A DNA stretch of 64,000 nt from Hypanus sabinus (lineage: Eukaryota): positions 20,956,001-21,020,000 of the forward strand of contig NC_082735.1 in the NCBI RefSeq assembly GCF_030144855.1, written 5' to 3'. The notes below the pieces were generated by a model that had not been told where the DNA came from, searched no databases, and worked only from the letters and a program-made list of their open reading frames with translations. This document shows positions 1-13,055 of the stretch, in pieces (the stretch's first letter is position 1; each line of letters starts with the position of its first letter). The position numbers were made by a program, and so were the translations under genes.

Positions 1-70
1 GATGAGTTTGTCCTCATCATGGAGGTTGAAGAGGCTATAGACTGAAATGGGAATGGAAAGTTGAATTGAT
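1..70 (-). mobile_element. Penelope-like element fragment (GIY-YIG region), inverted relative to the adjacent copy
   Basis: Reverse complement resembles 620-700 of the neighbouring copy (FNSxxHSH...DE motif). Confidence 0.5.
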
Positions 71-96
71 TTGCTGCTACTAAACCTCACCACTGA

Positions 97-1080
97 TGCT
101 GACCTCATCCATGTCTCCTCCATTTCTCGGACATCCAAACTCACCCCATGCCCCTCCACCTTAACAGGGATAGAGTTTCCCTTGTCCTAACCTACCACCC
201 CAAGAGCCTCCACATCCAACGCATCATTCTCCACACTTTCCACCATCTCCAAAGGGATTCCACCACCAAATACATCTTGCCTCTCCCCCACTCTCTGCTT
301 TCGACAGGGATTGAACCTTCCATGTTTCCCATATCCATTCATCCCTCCCCATTAATTTCACTCTGGCACTTATCTCTGCAAGCAGCCAATGTGCTGCATC
401 TGCCCACTCACATCCTCTCTCACCTTCATTCAGAGCCCTAACCAATCCTATCAGGTGAGGCAAAACTTCACCTGTGAATCTGTTGGGGTTGTCTATAGTA
501 TCCAATGCTCCCAATGAGGCCTCCCCTACTTTGGTGAGACCCTGTCATAAACTGGGGGACTGCTTTGTCAAGCGTATTCATTCCACCTACCAAAAGTGAA
601 ATTTCCCAGTGGCCAACCATTTTAATTCCTATTTGCATTCCCATCCTGACATGTTGGTCCATGGCCTTCTCTTGTGCTACAATGAAGCCATTCTCAGAAT
701 GGAGGAGCAATACCTCATATTTCTTCTGGGTAGCCTCCAACCTGATGGCAAGAACATCAATTTCTCCTTCCTGTATTTTTTTCCCTTCTTCTATTCCCTG
801 CTCTAGCCTGTTATCTCTTCTCACCTGCCTATCCTTCTTCGCTTTCTCCCATGGTCCACTCTCCTTTCCTATCATTTCTTCTCTTTACCTTTCCCACCCA
901 CCTGGCGTCGCCTATTACTTCTAGCTACAGTTCTCCTTTCCACTCTCAATTTTTATTCTGGCATCTTCCCCCTTCCTTTCCAGTCGTGAAGAACGTTCTC
1001 GACCTGAAAGGTGAACTGTTTATTCATTTTCATAGATGCTGCCTGACCTGCTGAGTTCCTCCAGCATCTTGTATGTGTTG
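97..1080 (+). mobile_element. Penelope-like retroelement (Neptune-type), 5'-truncated and decayed: Cys-rich linker, GIY-YIG endonuclease, pyrimidine-rich spacer, hammerhead-bearing terminal repeat
   Basis: From 362: SGTYLCKQPMCCICP...FTCESVGVVYSIQCSQ*GLPYFGET, then KLGDCF and VANHFNS...EEQYLIFLLGSLQPDGKNI; stops and frameshift; degenerate hammerhead at 981-1018. Confidence 0.85.
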
Positions 1081-1622
1081 TACCTAAAACATGCATTTCT
1101 CTTTCTGAATTTTGATAAATGTTCTAGGACCCAAAACATAAACTGTTTCTTGTTCGATAACATTCTGACTGACTCAATGTGTGTTTCCAGCAATTTATTA
1201 TTATTCTTTTTATTTTTTCTCAGCTCAAACTGGTAAAACCTGAGGTATAGGCATGAACAACCACACTCAGTTGTCAATTGCTAGGAACTTATGGACTATT
1301 CCAGTGGTGTTTAGTTTTCTGGCTTTCTGAAGAATTACATAGATATTACTATGTAGCCCTTATTGTTTAATGCTGTTGTGTAGTGCCTTTAAGGATGATA
1401 GCAGCTGAAAATATTACTATCGGGACAATGTATACCTTGTTTATGTTCCAATGTTTTTCAAACTCCTCTTTTAATTCAGCATATTTCCAGTGTCTTTCAC
1501 TTCTTGATTTTTATAAGTTATATGTGTTTGGAATGGCTATGTCTATTCAATGTTTATCCTGTATTAATATAACCAGACAGTGGTTATGGATTGTCCTATC
1601 TGTAATAACTGATCACTCATAC

Positions 1623-1666
1623 TATTATTATTAATAATAATAATAATAATGATAATAATGTTATTA
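1623..1666. repeat. (TAT)n/(AAT)n microsatellite
   Basis: tattattattaataataataataataatgataataatgttatta. Confidence 0.85.
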
Positions 1667-2035
1667 CTTTAAATGTCAAGCATCTGCTTTATTTTCAAAA
1701 AAGAAAAGAGGTTGGTGCAGTACTATAGAGAAGGGAGCAGATTAGCACAGTGGTAAGAAATAATTTTGGCTTGACAGGCTCTGATGTGAAGCTAAAATTA
1801 ATTTGAGTTGAGCTAAGAAATGGTAAAGAGCAGAAAGCAGCTGTGAGTTATTTATACATCATCAAAATGTAATTGTAATTGTGCATGCACTATAAATACA
1901 TAGAGAATGGACAAATCAAATTTATTGTGATAAGATGGAAGAAGAGTTCATTGTATGTGTATGAGATGCTGGCTCAGTAAGCAGGATGAAGAACCAACAG
2001 GGAAAAGACTAATTCAGTTCCGGTTTTGTGCAGTA

Positions 2036-3245
2036 ACATAATGGATGCGGTATAATGGGATTTTCAGAAGGTGTTCAATAAGGTTCCACACAGGAGCTTG
2101 GTCCACAAGGTTAGACAGTATAATGAAATGGATTAAGAATTGGTTATAGGCAGAATGCAAATGTTAGGAATGAATGGATTAATAAATACATCATTCTCAG
2201 GCAGGCAGGTGTAGCATAAATACAGATTGTAAATAGCTGGGGATACTGCAGGTGTTGGTGCTATTAGGCCGCCATAGGTCCCCAGTAATTTACAGTCTAT
2301 GTTAAGAAACATATACAACACGCTGAGAACTGAAGAAAGGTCTGAGCTCAAAACATTGACTGCTCATTTCCATAGATGCTGCCTGACCTGCTGATATCCT
2401 CCAGCAATTTGTGTGTGTTGCTTTGGATTTCCAGCATCTGCAGAATTTCTTGGGTTAATCTGTATTAAGTATTTGGCCAAAGGCATCATAGGTTTACTGA
2501 TGATACTGAACTAGGAGAGTTTAGCAGGTGGATTAAAAAAGGCTTAACAGTAATATGGACAAGCTGAATATGTGAATGAGAATAAATAACATGAAAAATT
2601 GTAAGGTCATTTACTTTAGTAGCTGTAGCAGAAAATGGAGTATTTATTAAAAGTCAAAAGATTGAGTAGAGCTGATGTTGGAAGGGACCCAAGTACACTT
2701 GTACACAAGTTAATGAAACTCAACATCCAGGTACAGCAACAAAATAAGAGGGCGTATCAATTTTTACTCTGAGGGGATTTGTATCAGGGATGACTGAAGT
2801 TTTATTGTATTTGAATAGATTCTTAGAAAGATGCTGCCTGGTATATTTTGTGCAGTTTGGTCTCTTTACCAAGAAGTGATATACTTGCCATTGACCAAGT
2901 GCAGCAGAGATTCATTAGGTGGCTCCGAGGATGAAGAAGTTACCATATAAGAATTGCATTGGATTGACAGTTCAGAAGAATGATGGGATATCTCAATGAG
3001 ATTTACAAAATTCTTAAGGAGCTTGACAGGCTAGATGCAGGAAAAATGTTTCCTTTGACGAAGGTCATTTTTTTCAGAATAATTGATAGGACTGCTTAGG
3101 ACTGAAATGAGCAGAGATTTCTTCAATCAGAGGGCAGTGAACCTTCAGAATTTTCTACTCTGAAGGACTGTGGAGGCTTATCTACTGAGTTCATTCCATA
3201 GATTACTGGGCTTGAAGGTAAACAACATGGAAATAGCACTGGAAA
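2036..3245 (+). mobile_element. Old CR1 LINE ORF2 3' fragment, interrupted by a Penelope mini-copy
   Basis: gattttcagaaggtgttcaataaggttccacacagg = DFQKVFNKVPHR (CR1 RT DFxKAFDKVPH); colinear with the younger CR1 at 26137-28168. Confidence 0.75.
2330..2456 (+). mobile_element. Penelope-derived mini-element starting at a degenerate hammerhead core
   Basis: ctgaaga...aaaacattgactg followed by catagatgctgcctgacctgctga...ccagcatctgcagaa shared with the other copies. Confidence 0.85.
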
Positions 3246-3257
3246 ATGGCTGATTGA

Positions 3258-3612
3258 TGAAGAGACACCTCATATTCTGGGTAGTTTCCAACCTGATGGC
3301 ATAAACATTTATTTCTCTTACTTTAGGTAGTTTATCTCCTCTCCCTCTCCTCTCATTTTCAATTCCCCATTCTGGTTACCCTTTCACCCCTCCTATTCTC
3401 CGCACCTGCCCATCACCTCCCTGGGGTTCCACTCCTCCTTCCTTTTCACCCATGGTCAGTTTGTACTACTTCCCCTCTCCCCACCTTCTAATTCTGGTTT
3501 CTTCCCCCTTCCTTTTCAGTCCTGATGAAAAGTCCCAGCCTGGAACATTGACTCCTTATTCCTTTCCATAGATGATGCTTGACCTGCTGAGTTCTTCCAG
3601 CATTTTCTTTGT
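3258..3612 (+). mobile_element. Penelope-like 3' fragment (end of GIY-YIG + terminal repeat); hammerhead at 3517-3554 with CTGATGA intact and GAAA changed to GGAA
   Basis: cacctcatattctgggtagtttccaacctgatggcataaac matches 712-756; cagtc-ctgatga-aaagtcccagcct-ggaa-catt-gactc. Confidence 0.85.
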
Positions 3613-4188
3613 GATAATTGAGCTTGAGGTAGAAGGTCACTCCTATTTCTTATTTTTTTTACCATAGATACAAGAACTGGCAGTCAGAGAACAGTGTACA
3701 CTCCTAAATAATTAATCAGAAAAATTAAAATTAAAAGAGCATTTGCAATGTTTTGCTGGAAAATGAAACTGGTGAAACTGCCCAATGTACTAAACTTCAG
3801 GCCATATGTATAAATGCAAGGAATAAACAATGAGATGTTGTTTTACCTACTTTCCTCAATTTAAGAACCAATTTTTTTTACCTTATCTAACATAGTTAGA
3901 AAATTAAAAGAAAAGGAACTATGGATTGGTCTTGAAATGATCTGAAGAAACAATGCAAATTAGGTGGTTTTGATTTAAATAAGACAAGGACAGATCAATA
4001 GACTACAATATTCCTTTTATTTATCGTACATTACTACAAAACATTGTGATTAAATTTAAGAATGTAAAACTAGGAAATTAGTTCTAATCCTTGATTGATC
4101 AAAATGATAACCAATCAGAAAACTGCAACTCAGCAAGTAATGAAGTGAGAATCTGCTATTGATTGCAACTTGATGTGCATTTTTACAG

Positions 4189-4383
4189 CTGTGACATGCC
4201 CTGAAGTTAATAGTCTTCGTGTAGATCATGGGAACTGGAAGCTGTTAAATGGAGATCCAAATCAATATGGAGCTCAGATGATTATCACTTGTGACCCAGG
4301 ATATTATCTACAGGGACTGAGGGTCATCAGCTGTCAAACTAATGGGACTTGGAGTGTTGGACACCAGAAGCCCAGCTGTAACA
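4189..4383 (+). CDS. csmd2: CSMD2-like internal exon (1st in window), one Sushi/CCP domain, 195 nt
   Basis: ttttacAG|CT...AAC A|GTaagt; VTCPEVNSLRVDHGNWKLLNGDPNQYGAQMIITCDPGYYLQGLRVISCQTNGTWSVGHQKPSCN with 4 Cys + W Sushi signature; phase 1-1. Confidence 0.93.
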
Positions 4384-5329
4384 GTAAGTAAAAAGTAGTG
4401 TTTGTAAGTTAATAATTAGCTCAAAACTAGTTAACCATCTTGATGTGAGCCTGAGCATACCCTCTTCTGTTCGCTAGTTTGTTTATGGACAGGAAATATA
4501 TATTTTTTTTAACTGACCATTTAAGTGTTTTGAGCTGTGTTAGAAATTTCATTTTGGGTTCCTACTGACTCAAGTTCATAAATTTGTTTCTTGTATATAA
4601 AGTTGATCTCAGATGGATTTAATACTTAATTTTAATCTGCAGTGTGTGCTGTAGTGACCTCAGCTGGATAACTGTTGGCCTAAGCACTCAAAGCTTAGAA
4701 AGAGGGAAGACAACTAGCTTTCTGTTTCCAGCCTCCAGTCCGGAAACACATCATGCATCAATGTCTCATAAATGATTCTGTCTCCTTACACAAAAAAACT
4801 TGGATATGGACAAGTGACCCAATACTTACTGACACAAATTAGAGTACACGTCTGCAACACCGAAACTCAGAAGTGGAGAGGCCAGTGAAGTCTCTCTCCC
4901 ACTCATCAATCAAAGGCCAGGAACAGTCCTCAAAACTGGAGACTCGCCTGTAGATACTGATGTGCAGTAATGGGGAAGGATTTCTGTGGACCAAAATAGC
5001 TTTTAGAAGGGGTTAAACAGGATTCTGTTCTTCAATCCCCACTGAAAATTTTGTAGAAATTGTCAGTAGAACGCTATATTTTCCTTCTATGATGGAATTC
5101 TGTCAGAACAGATGTGGCACTGTCAGTTGAATCGCTGTCTCACAGTTCTAGGTTCTATCTTGCTGTCCACGTGGAATTAATATTGTCATATGATCAAGAA
5201 AGTTGACTCCAGGTGCTCTGCCTTCTCCTACACTCCAAAGACAATCAGCAAGTTTCAAAGCCTGGGTCTCTGTATCTCCTTCTGCTGCTAGTTCTTCAGC
5301 TTCCCTACTGGAAGATGATAGTGTTATGG

Positions 5330-6228
5330 ATCAGTAATAACCACTTCTTGCTGATATTAATACAGGTGCACTGCTCTACTCTCTCTACTCTCCTGATAGT
5401 GTGGTAGGCGCTGATCAAACATCATCTGTTGTTGGTAGAATCTCCAATGGTGAAGTGGAGGCAGGCAAAAGTGAGACAGATCGGCTGGTTGAGTGGTGCC
5501 ATGACAACAGCCTTGCACTCTGTGTTAGCAAGACCAAGGAATTGATACTGGACTACAGGAAGGGGAGTTGGGAGAGCACACACCAGTTCTCATGAGAGGT
5601 CAGCGGTGAAAAGGGTGAGGAGCTTCAGGTTCCTGGAAGTCAACAACTCAGAGAATCACTCTTGGTCCTAACATGTTGATACAATCAAAAAGAAGCCAAG
5701 CCAGTGACCTTACTTTTTTAGGAGCTTGAGAAGATTTGTACATTATCAATGACTCTTGCAAATTTTGATATATACTTGGTGGAGAGCTTTCTGACTGGTT
5801 ACATTACAGCTTGATATGGGCGGTCCAATGTGCAGAATTGCAAGAGGATGCAAACAGTTGTATAGCCAGCTCCGTCACATGCTCTTCTTCTAGAGGGGGG
5901 TCCCTCAATGAGGTGGTGTCCATCACTAAGGACTCTTAACATCAGACACACACCCGCTTCTCATCACTACAACAGGAGCTTGAAGACCCACTTTCAACAA
6001 TTCAGAAACAGCTTCTTCCCATTCACCATCAAATTTCTGAATGGTCCATGAACATAACCTTGCTGTTTCATTTATTTGCACTATTTACTTATTTACTATA
6101 AATTACAGAAATAAGTACTGCAAAAAATTAAATAATTTATATTAATAAATGTCTTTGCCCTGTACTGCTGCAAAACAACAAACTTCATGTAATTTAAGTG
6201 AGTGATAATAAATTGTATTCTGATTCTG
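5330..6228 (+). mobile_element. Rex1/Babar LINE 3' fragment inserted in an HE1/V-SINE-like element (flanks ~5110-5245 and ~6229-6320)
   Basis: VVGRISNGEVEAGKSETDRLVEWCHDNSLALCVSKTKELILDYRK; ends gtgataataaa...attctgattctg. Confidence 0.8.
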
Positions 6229-6432
6229 GATTGGTAAGTAAAGTGGTCACTGTAAATTGCCCCTACTGTGTAGGGTGATGAGTCAAAGGGCCTATTTCTG
6301 TGCCCAATCTCCCTATGACTTACAATAGTAATTCATCATATTTAAAAGAACAATTTGGTGCCATTGATTTTAATTGATTTATGAAGTCTCTTCTTTGGCT
6401 ATTTATCTTTTTGTAGTTTTTTCCCCAAATAT

Positions 6433-7356
6433 TGACTGTTGATCATGTTCGAGGGTACTCTGAGAAGGAGTTACTGATACTGACTGTTCAAGAGAACCCT
6501 GAGAAGGATTTCAAGTCAAGTCAAGTCACCTTTCATTGTCATTTCGACCATAACTGCTGGTACAGCACACAGTAAAAATGAGACAACATTTTTCAGGACC
6601 ATGGTGCTATGTAAAACACCACAAAACTACACTGAACTACATAAAAACAACATAGAAAAAACTACACTAGACTACAGACCTACCCAGGACTGCATAAAGT
6701 TTACAAAACAGTGCAGGCATCACAATAAATAATAAACAAGACAATAGGCACAGTAGAGGGCAGTACGTTGGTGTCAGTCCTGACTCTGGGTATTGAGGAG
6801 TCTGATGGCTTCTGGGAAGAAAGTGTTACATAGTCTGGTCCTGAGAGCCTGAATGCTTTGGTGCCTTTTCCCAGATGGCAGGAGGGAGAAAAGTTTATAT
6901 GAGGGGTGTGTGGGGTCCTTCATAATGCTGTTTGTTTTGCGGATGCAGCATGTAGTGAAAATGTCTGTAATGGCAGGAAGAGAGACCCGGATGATCTTCT
7001 CAGTTGACCTCACTATCCGCTGCAGGGTCTTGCGATCCGAGATGGTGCAATTTCCATACCAGGCAGTGATGCAGCTGCTCAGGATGCTCTCAATACAACC
7101 TCTGTAGAAAGTGACGAGGATGGGGGGGAGTGGGGAGGTGGGAGATGGATTTTCTTTAGCCTTCGCAGAAAGTAGAGATGCTGCTGGGTTTTCCTTGCTA
7201 TGGAGCTGGTGTTGAGGGACCAGGTGAGATTCTCCGCCAGGTGAACACCAAGAAATTGGTGTATTTCCTAATGCTGACTGTGTAAGAGTACCCTGAGAAG
7301 GAATTACTGATGCTGAGAATACAATAGTGCCCTGAAGTGGAATTACTAATGCTGCT
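6433..7356. repeat. ~39-bp degenerate minisatellite (about 4 units) split by a LINE insertion
   Basis: Units such as tgactgtgtaagagtaccctgagaaggaattactgatgc at ~6445-6512 and 7268-7356. Confidence 0.75.
6513..7262 (-). mobile_element. Rex1/Babar LINE 3' fragment, relatively young, ATTTC TSD
   Basis: ILVTFYRGCIESILSSCITAWYGNC...HPSYKLFSLLPSGKR...FFPEAIRLLN; (GACTT)n tail; ATTTC at 6508-6512 and 7263-7267. Confidence 0.9.
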
Positions 7357-7469
7357 AACTGCACAATAGAGCATATTGATTTGTTCTTTTCTGCAGCATC
7401 ATTTGTTATTGACCATACCTCTACCGATGTTAATCTAATTATCTTACAGGGTCAATCTTATTTCTGTCT

Positions 7470-7643
7470 TCTGCACATTTTTTAATCTATTCAATATACA
7501 TCTATTGTAATTGATTTACTTATTTTTTTATTTTATTGATTTGTTTCTCTTCTATATTATGTATTGCATTGAACTGCTGCTGCAAAGGTAACAAATTTCA
7601 CGTCACATGCCGGTGATAATAAACCTGATTCCGATTCTAATTC
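7470..7643 (+). mobile_element. Rex1/Babar LINE 3' end
   Basis: tgtattgcattgaactgctgctgc...gtgataataaacctgattccgattct matches the 3' end of the 36411 element. Confidence 0.75.
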
Positions 7644-8919
7644 CATCATCATGTCACTTTATACTTTCTTCAAGCCGCACAATGGTGAAGCAGTTTGCAC
7701 TGTTGCATCACATCTTTGCAGATCCGTGTTCGGTTCTAGACTCCTCTGCCATCTATGGAGTTCACAATTTTCCCAGTGCTGACCTTTGTTTCCTCTAAGG
7801 GTTCCAGCCTCCTCTCATGTTCTTTAAACGTGTAGGTTAGTTAGAAAATTAGCTCCCAGCAACAGGCAAGCAAATGGTGGAGTAGGATGGTGGCGAAGAA
7901 GTAAATTCAAATAATATGAGAGATAATCAATTATGGGAAATAAGTGATGGAAAAGACAGTGTGAACATTCTGAAGAGACACCATAGACTTTTTGAGTCGA
8001 ACAGCTTCCTCCTCTGCCGTAAGTAAATAGGAGAATAATGCAAGAGAAGTATTTCAGGGATTATAGCTAAAGAGAGTAAAAAGAGAGAGAATTTGTAAAT
8101 TAACTTACATTTTTTATCAGTTAAATCTCCCAAGTTGATATTCATTATCTACTACACTGCTCCTTGAGAAAATTCTGTTATTGGTGGTGTAGGTGAATCC
8201 AATTAATTTATAACTACCTTACAATTGTTTTGAAATTCTTCAAATACTTTGCTTACTTTAAATACTTAAAATGACCATCTTTTGATGTGTTAAACAGCAG
8301 GAAAAATTAGGCATCTATGTGCTGGACAATTAAGTAATATTTGAAATAAGTCGTGCATTGCATCAGAACATTTGCAGAGAGTTGACATTTACTGAGAGAA
8401 AGACCTATAAGTTCCCACAAGTATCACGGCCAAACCCATGTTTTCTTTCATGTACACATACGTATCACTTCAGTACAACGATGTTTGTACCTTCTCTGTC
8501 TGGACAGTAATCACTCTTGCTCACTGTTCAACCCTCCAGAAATTAACGGGATGAAAATTGCACAGCTTGTCTCCTTTATTAAGTTGCTAGCTGGTTTGTT
8601 GACATGAAAAGTTACCCTCGTGTGTAAATTTGAACGTTATCTCATTGGTACTTTGTTATCTCTGGGCTTGACTTGCGCAGTCACCCTTGGCTGACCTTCG
8701 GTTTGTTGTCTATAAGACTGATCTCAACCAAAATGTTCATGTTTGTGTTCAAACCAATAAATCACCGAATACCAATTCATCCACCATTAAAAGAGGAAAG
8801 CTGGAAGTACTGTACATAGCTAACAAGGCAGCACCAGATCAGATAATGTCTATGCTTGAGAGTCTTTCATCAGAAATGCAGGTTTCAGGATAGAGCGTAG
8901 AAGATTATATTATACTACA

Positions 8920-9985
8920 CATCCTTCACTGACCTTATAACCTACTCTAAGATCAATCTACGTAGCCCTCCAATTTTCTATCATCCAGGTACCCATTGAG
9001 GAGTCTCTTAAATGTCCCAAATGTATTTGCTTCTACCAGCAACGTGTTGCAAGGACCTACCACACTTGCAAAAAAGAAAAATTGTACCTCTGACATCCCC
9101 CTATACTTACCTTCAATCACCTTAAAATTTTATGCCCCCTTGTATTATCCACTTCCACCCTGAGAAACAGCCTTTGGTTATCCACTCATTGTCTCATATC
9201 ATCTTCGACAGATCTATTAAGTGTAACACTCGCTTCGCCCAGTGGCATAATATTGGGGGTGATAACCCCCTGCCCGGCCAAACTTAAGAAGTCTTGTTTG
9301 GCTGGATGTGTGTAATGTGTCCCGTTACAAATCAGTACCCTGAAATAACAAACAGTACAAAATGTGTGATTAAATGTTTAAGCTTTATAACTCTTCCTTT
9401 GACTATATGGTTAGTAGAGAAACAAAATATAAAATAAAAAGGGCCAAATCATAAGATTTAGTAATAAACAGTCTGTGCACAAAGTTGGAGCTCACTCAGC
9501 TGGTCCTTCTTCCATCATCAGTCTCCTCCAAGCGGACCCCCCCGATCCGAGTCCACCCCATCCGGTGGTCTACCAAATCTCTCCATTCCCGTCTTCTCTC
9601 TTCATCTCTCTCTCTCCCTCTCCCAAAAGCCCGCAAAATCATCTGCTTCCAGAATCGCAAGACAGGGCAACAAGATCCTGATTGGCTAATGTGCATCCAC
9701 AGTTCTGTTATCTCCAGCCATAACCCAAATATTACTGCTACAGAGAAACCATTACCTCAGCAGTGGAACATTACAGAGAAGCTATTACATTAGCCTTAGC
9801 AGTGAAACATTACATAAGCAGCTTTTCCTCCTCCTTTGCTGCAAAGCAACCTATCCTCATAAGACAGGTTCTTCAAACAAGACATCATCCTGGTCAATCT
9901 CGGCGCTCTCTCTGAAGCTCCCACATCCTTCCTATAATGAAGGCAACCAGAAACGAACCCAAAATTCCAAGTGTGGTCTAAGCAG
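8920..9985 (-). mobile_element. CR1 LINE 3' fragment interrupted by a solo LTR
   Basis: Reverse complement aligns with 27620-28130 (ttagaccacacttggaattttgggttcgtttctggttgccttcattataggaaggatgtg). Confidence 0.8.
9222..9814 (-). mobile_element. Solo LTR, 593 bp, 4-bp TSD (Gypsy/ERV-type)
   Basis: Termini TGTAA...TTACA; TAAG at 9218-9221 and 9815-9818; internal tandem repeat ~9740-9814; strand inferred from CCAAT on - near 9680. Confidence 0.85.
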
Positions 9986-10057
9986 ATGGAAGAAAATGGA
10001 GGAAAGAAGAGAACAGAGGAAATATAGTGATTGATTATACATGGTTAATTGAAAGTG

Positions 10058-10369
10058 GATGTAGGACAGCCAGTTAAACTGCTTCCCTCATGTCTTTATT
10101 ACCTGGGGTTCAATCCTGACCTCAGACACTGTGTGTATGAAGTTTGCACGCTATTGAGCTATGTGGGTTTACTTCATTTGCTTTGATTTCCTCCCACATC
10201 CCAAAGTTGTACAGGTTAACTGGTGGCTATAAATTTCCCCAAGCGTATAGTTGAGTGGTGCAATTTGGGAGAATTGAATGAGATTATTATATAATCGATA
10301 TAAATGAATGCTAACATCCAGTATGATTTTGGTGGGCTAAACATCTTGTTTCTATGCGATATGATGCTA
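10058..10369 (+). mobile_element. tRNA-derived HE1/V-SINE-like SINE (degenerate)
   Basis: B-box ggttcaatcc; core gtttgcacg...gtgggttt...ttcctcccacatcccaaag. Confidence 0.7.
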
Positions 10370-10394
10370 AGAACTGTTAAAACTAATCATTTAA

Positions 10395-10586
<192 letters not shown>

Positions 10587-11078
10587 TAGTATTTGGAGAT
10601 CTATGCATAAATGCTTGGTTCATGAACAGTTCCGCAAACTATAAAATTGTATTGTATTATTTGTTTGTTTTAATTTCATTAAAGTTTAAGTAAATACCAC
10701 TGAAATGCAACTTACACTTGATTTTGCAATTCTGCAATTAAGTACTTGCTTTAAATGATAGGCTAAGGCAACCAGTTTCAAGATCAAGTTGATAAGTTGC
10801 CTTCGATAGTTCATGAAACTTTGAGCTGTTACCTCACTGAATTTTTGAAATGTGTATGATCTGGTGCAGTGCCTAGGATATGTTGTTCCGTCTCTGTATC
10901 AGCTTGACTTATGTTGTAGCTTTAATGACTTCTTGCTAAATTAACTGACCTGAAATAATTTGCATTACAAAATGTTATCACAAAATTAAAATGCCATGAT
11001 TTGAATGCACTGAAAGTAACCAAATTGCTTGTAAAGAATATAAAATCTGTTCATATAAATAAGTATAGGAGCCACTAA

Positions 11079-11354
<276 letters not shown>

Positions 11355-11364
11355 TAGATTTCAA

Positions 11365-11567
11365 TTGTTGTTCCTCTCCACGCTGTGTGGTGCATTGGGC
11401 AGCAATCTTGCCATTTGTTTAGCATTTGTCTGTTTTTTATGAGGCCAAGTCGCTAGCTCAATGCTCAACCCAGCGTGGAAGGAAAGCGTGCAAAGAGCTG
11501 GCCGGATTCGAACCCAGGACCACTCACCTCAAAGTTCAGTGCAGATGTCACCACACCACCGGCCGGC
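11365..11567 (-). mobile_element. tRNA-derived SINE with (AAC)n tail and ~13-bp TSD, 27 nt downstream of the exon 3 donor
   Basis: B-box GGTTCGAATCC on -; atttagatttcaa (11352-11364) vs atttagttatcaa (11570-11582); homologous to 21761-21956. Confidence 0.85.
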
Positions 11568-13055
11568 TAATTTAGTTATCAATAAGGGAGAGAAAATGAT
11601 GAAGATCATGGTTCATTTGTTTTAATTTTAGTCAATATATCTCAAATATTTATTACTTATTTCATTAGGTACTTGTTTTCAATTCTTGGTTAACAATATT
11701 TTTTTCATAAAATGGGTCAATGGATAGTGTGGTGATTGGTAACTGAAATCGTCGTGCAACGTTTGGTAGATGGCTAAATATGCTTCTGGAGATTTGATGC
11801 TTCTACCTGCAAGATTCTCTGTCCATCACTCATCCCAAGAATTTCTGGTTCACCCTTGCATGTATGCATCAAAGAACATTTTGGGCATTACCCCTTCAGT
11901 GAAAATTTTTGTTGTACTTTGTGCATAACATCTCATGTGTTGCATGTTTTTCTAGCCAAAACTGCCTGTACTTTTCCTGACAGTGGACTTGGTAGATTGT
12001 TAGCCATTCACCCAATCTCCGAGAGTGTTGTTGAGACGTTGAAGCCCAGTGCTTATTCGCGAAGAGATTGTGGTGCGTGCGTATTTTTTAAGGACGAGCT
12101 GTGATTTGTGTTGGGTGTGAAGAGGTATCGGGGTAGGACTGTCCATTTGTGAGGTAAAGAAACAACACTCGCGCATTGTGGAGGATCAGAATGGGGTGTT
12201 GTGGGAGGGGATTTGGGAGGAATGGCAGTCAGTCTGTGGCACAATGATCGAGGGAAGCTCCTGATGCTTGCATTTGGAACTAGGCAGGACAAGTTGTTTG
12301 TTTGGGCGTTGAGTAACACATTAAGTCTTCCAGTTCACAAGTGTATAAGCAAAGTGATGTTGTATCAGAAATATCTGTTCACATCTTCCCACAAGGAAAC
12401 TTGGTTCACAATCCCCTGCTGCAATGCTTTAACATCTCCTGTCTCCCTAATGTGGAAATGGGTGACTCTTGCCAGGATATGTGTAGACAAATGTCACCAG
12501 TGATATAAAACAAGTAGCTTTAATTGCATAAAACTGAAATAAACAGGGATTATTCATGCATGTGAAACAGATTTTGGTTCTTAATGGTTAAAATTTAATC
12601 CCAAAGATAGCCATTCATCTTTCCACATATTATAAGCTTCACTCTGCTGCCCAATATCACTGTGCATTAATACTGAGTGAGGGAAAGTGCTATTTGCTAT
12701 CCGTCAGCTGCCTCTTGGATTGATTAAGCACTGGCATCCTTGCGGCAGCAGTGAAGCAAAGCCTGTTTTACCTTCTATGTTCCCCTCCTCTCTGGCATTC
12801 CCATTCTGTATTATTTCCCAATAATGACACAGCTGGCCTCGCATTGTGAATCGCAGTCAAGATGTCATGCTCTTTGGTTCAACAATGTACTTGCTTCAAC
12901 TTAAACTTTTAATAATTGATGATGCTGTTTCTTGTACCGTCTGAAACAGAATATATTTGGCAGTTTATTTTGGACAATATGAAATTTCTTCAGTGTGTAT
13001 TGCGTTTGCAATGCCCAGTGGAACAATAATTCTTAAAATTAAAAAAAAAAAGCAG

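Noticed and set aside
1100-1200. Additional older hammerhead relics (also ~43855-43920 and ~44340-44395)
   Set aside because: Faint resemblance to the Penelope terminal repeat, but the core is too decayed to count
6433-7356. CRISPR-like array
   Set aside because: Units are contiguous and degenerate with no unique spacers; vertebrate intron; no cas genes
12176-12189. 14-nt match (attgtggaggatca) to the tail of the 27026 SINE
   Set aside because: Isolated exact matches of this length are expected by chance within 64 kb and the flanks do not align
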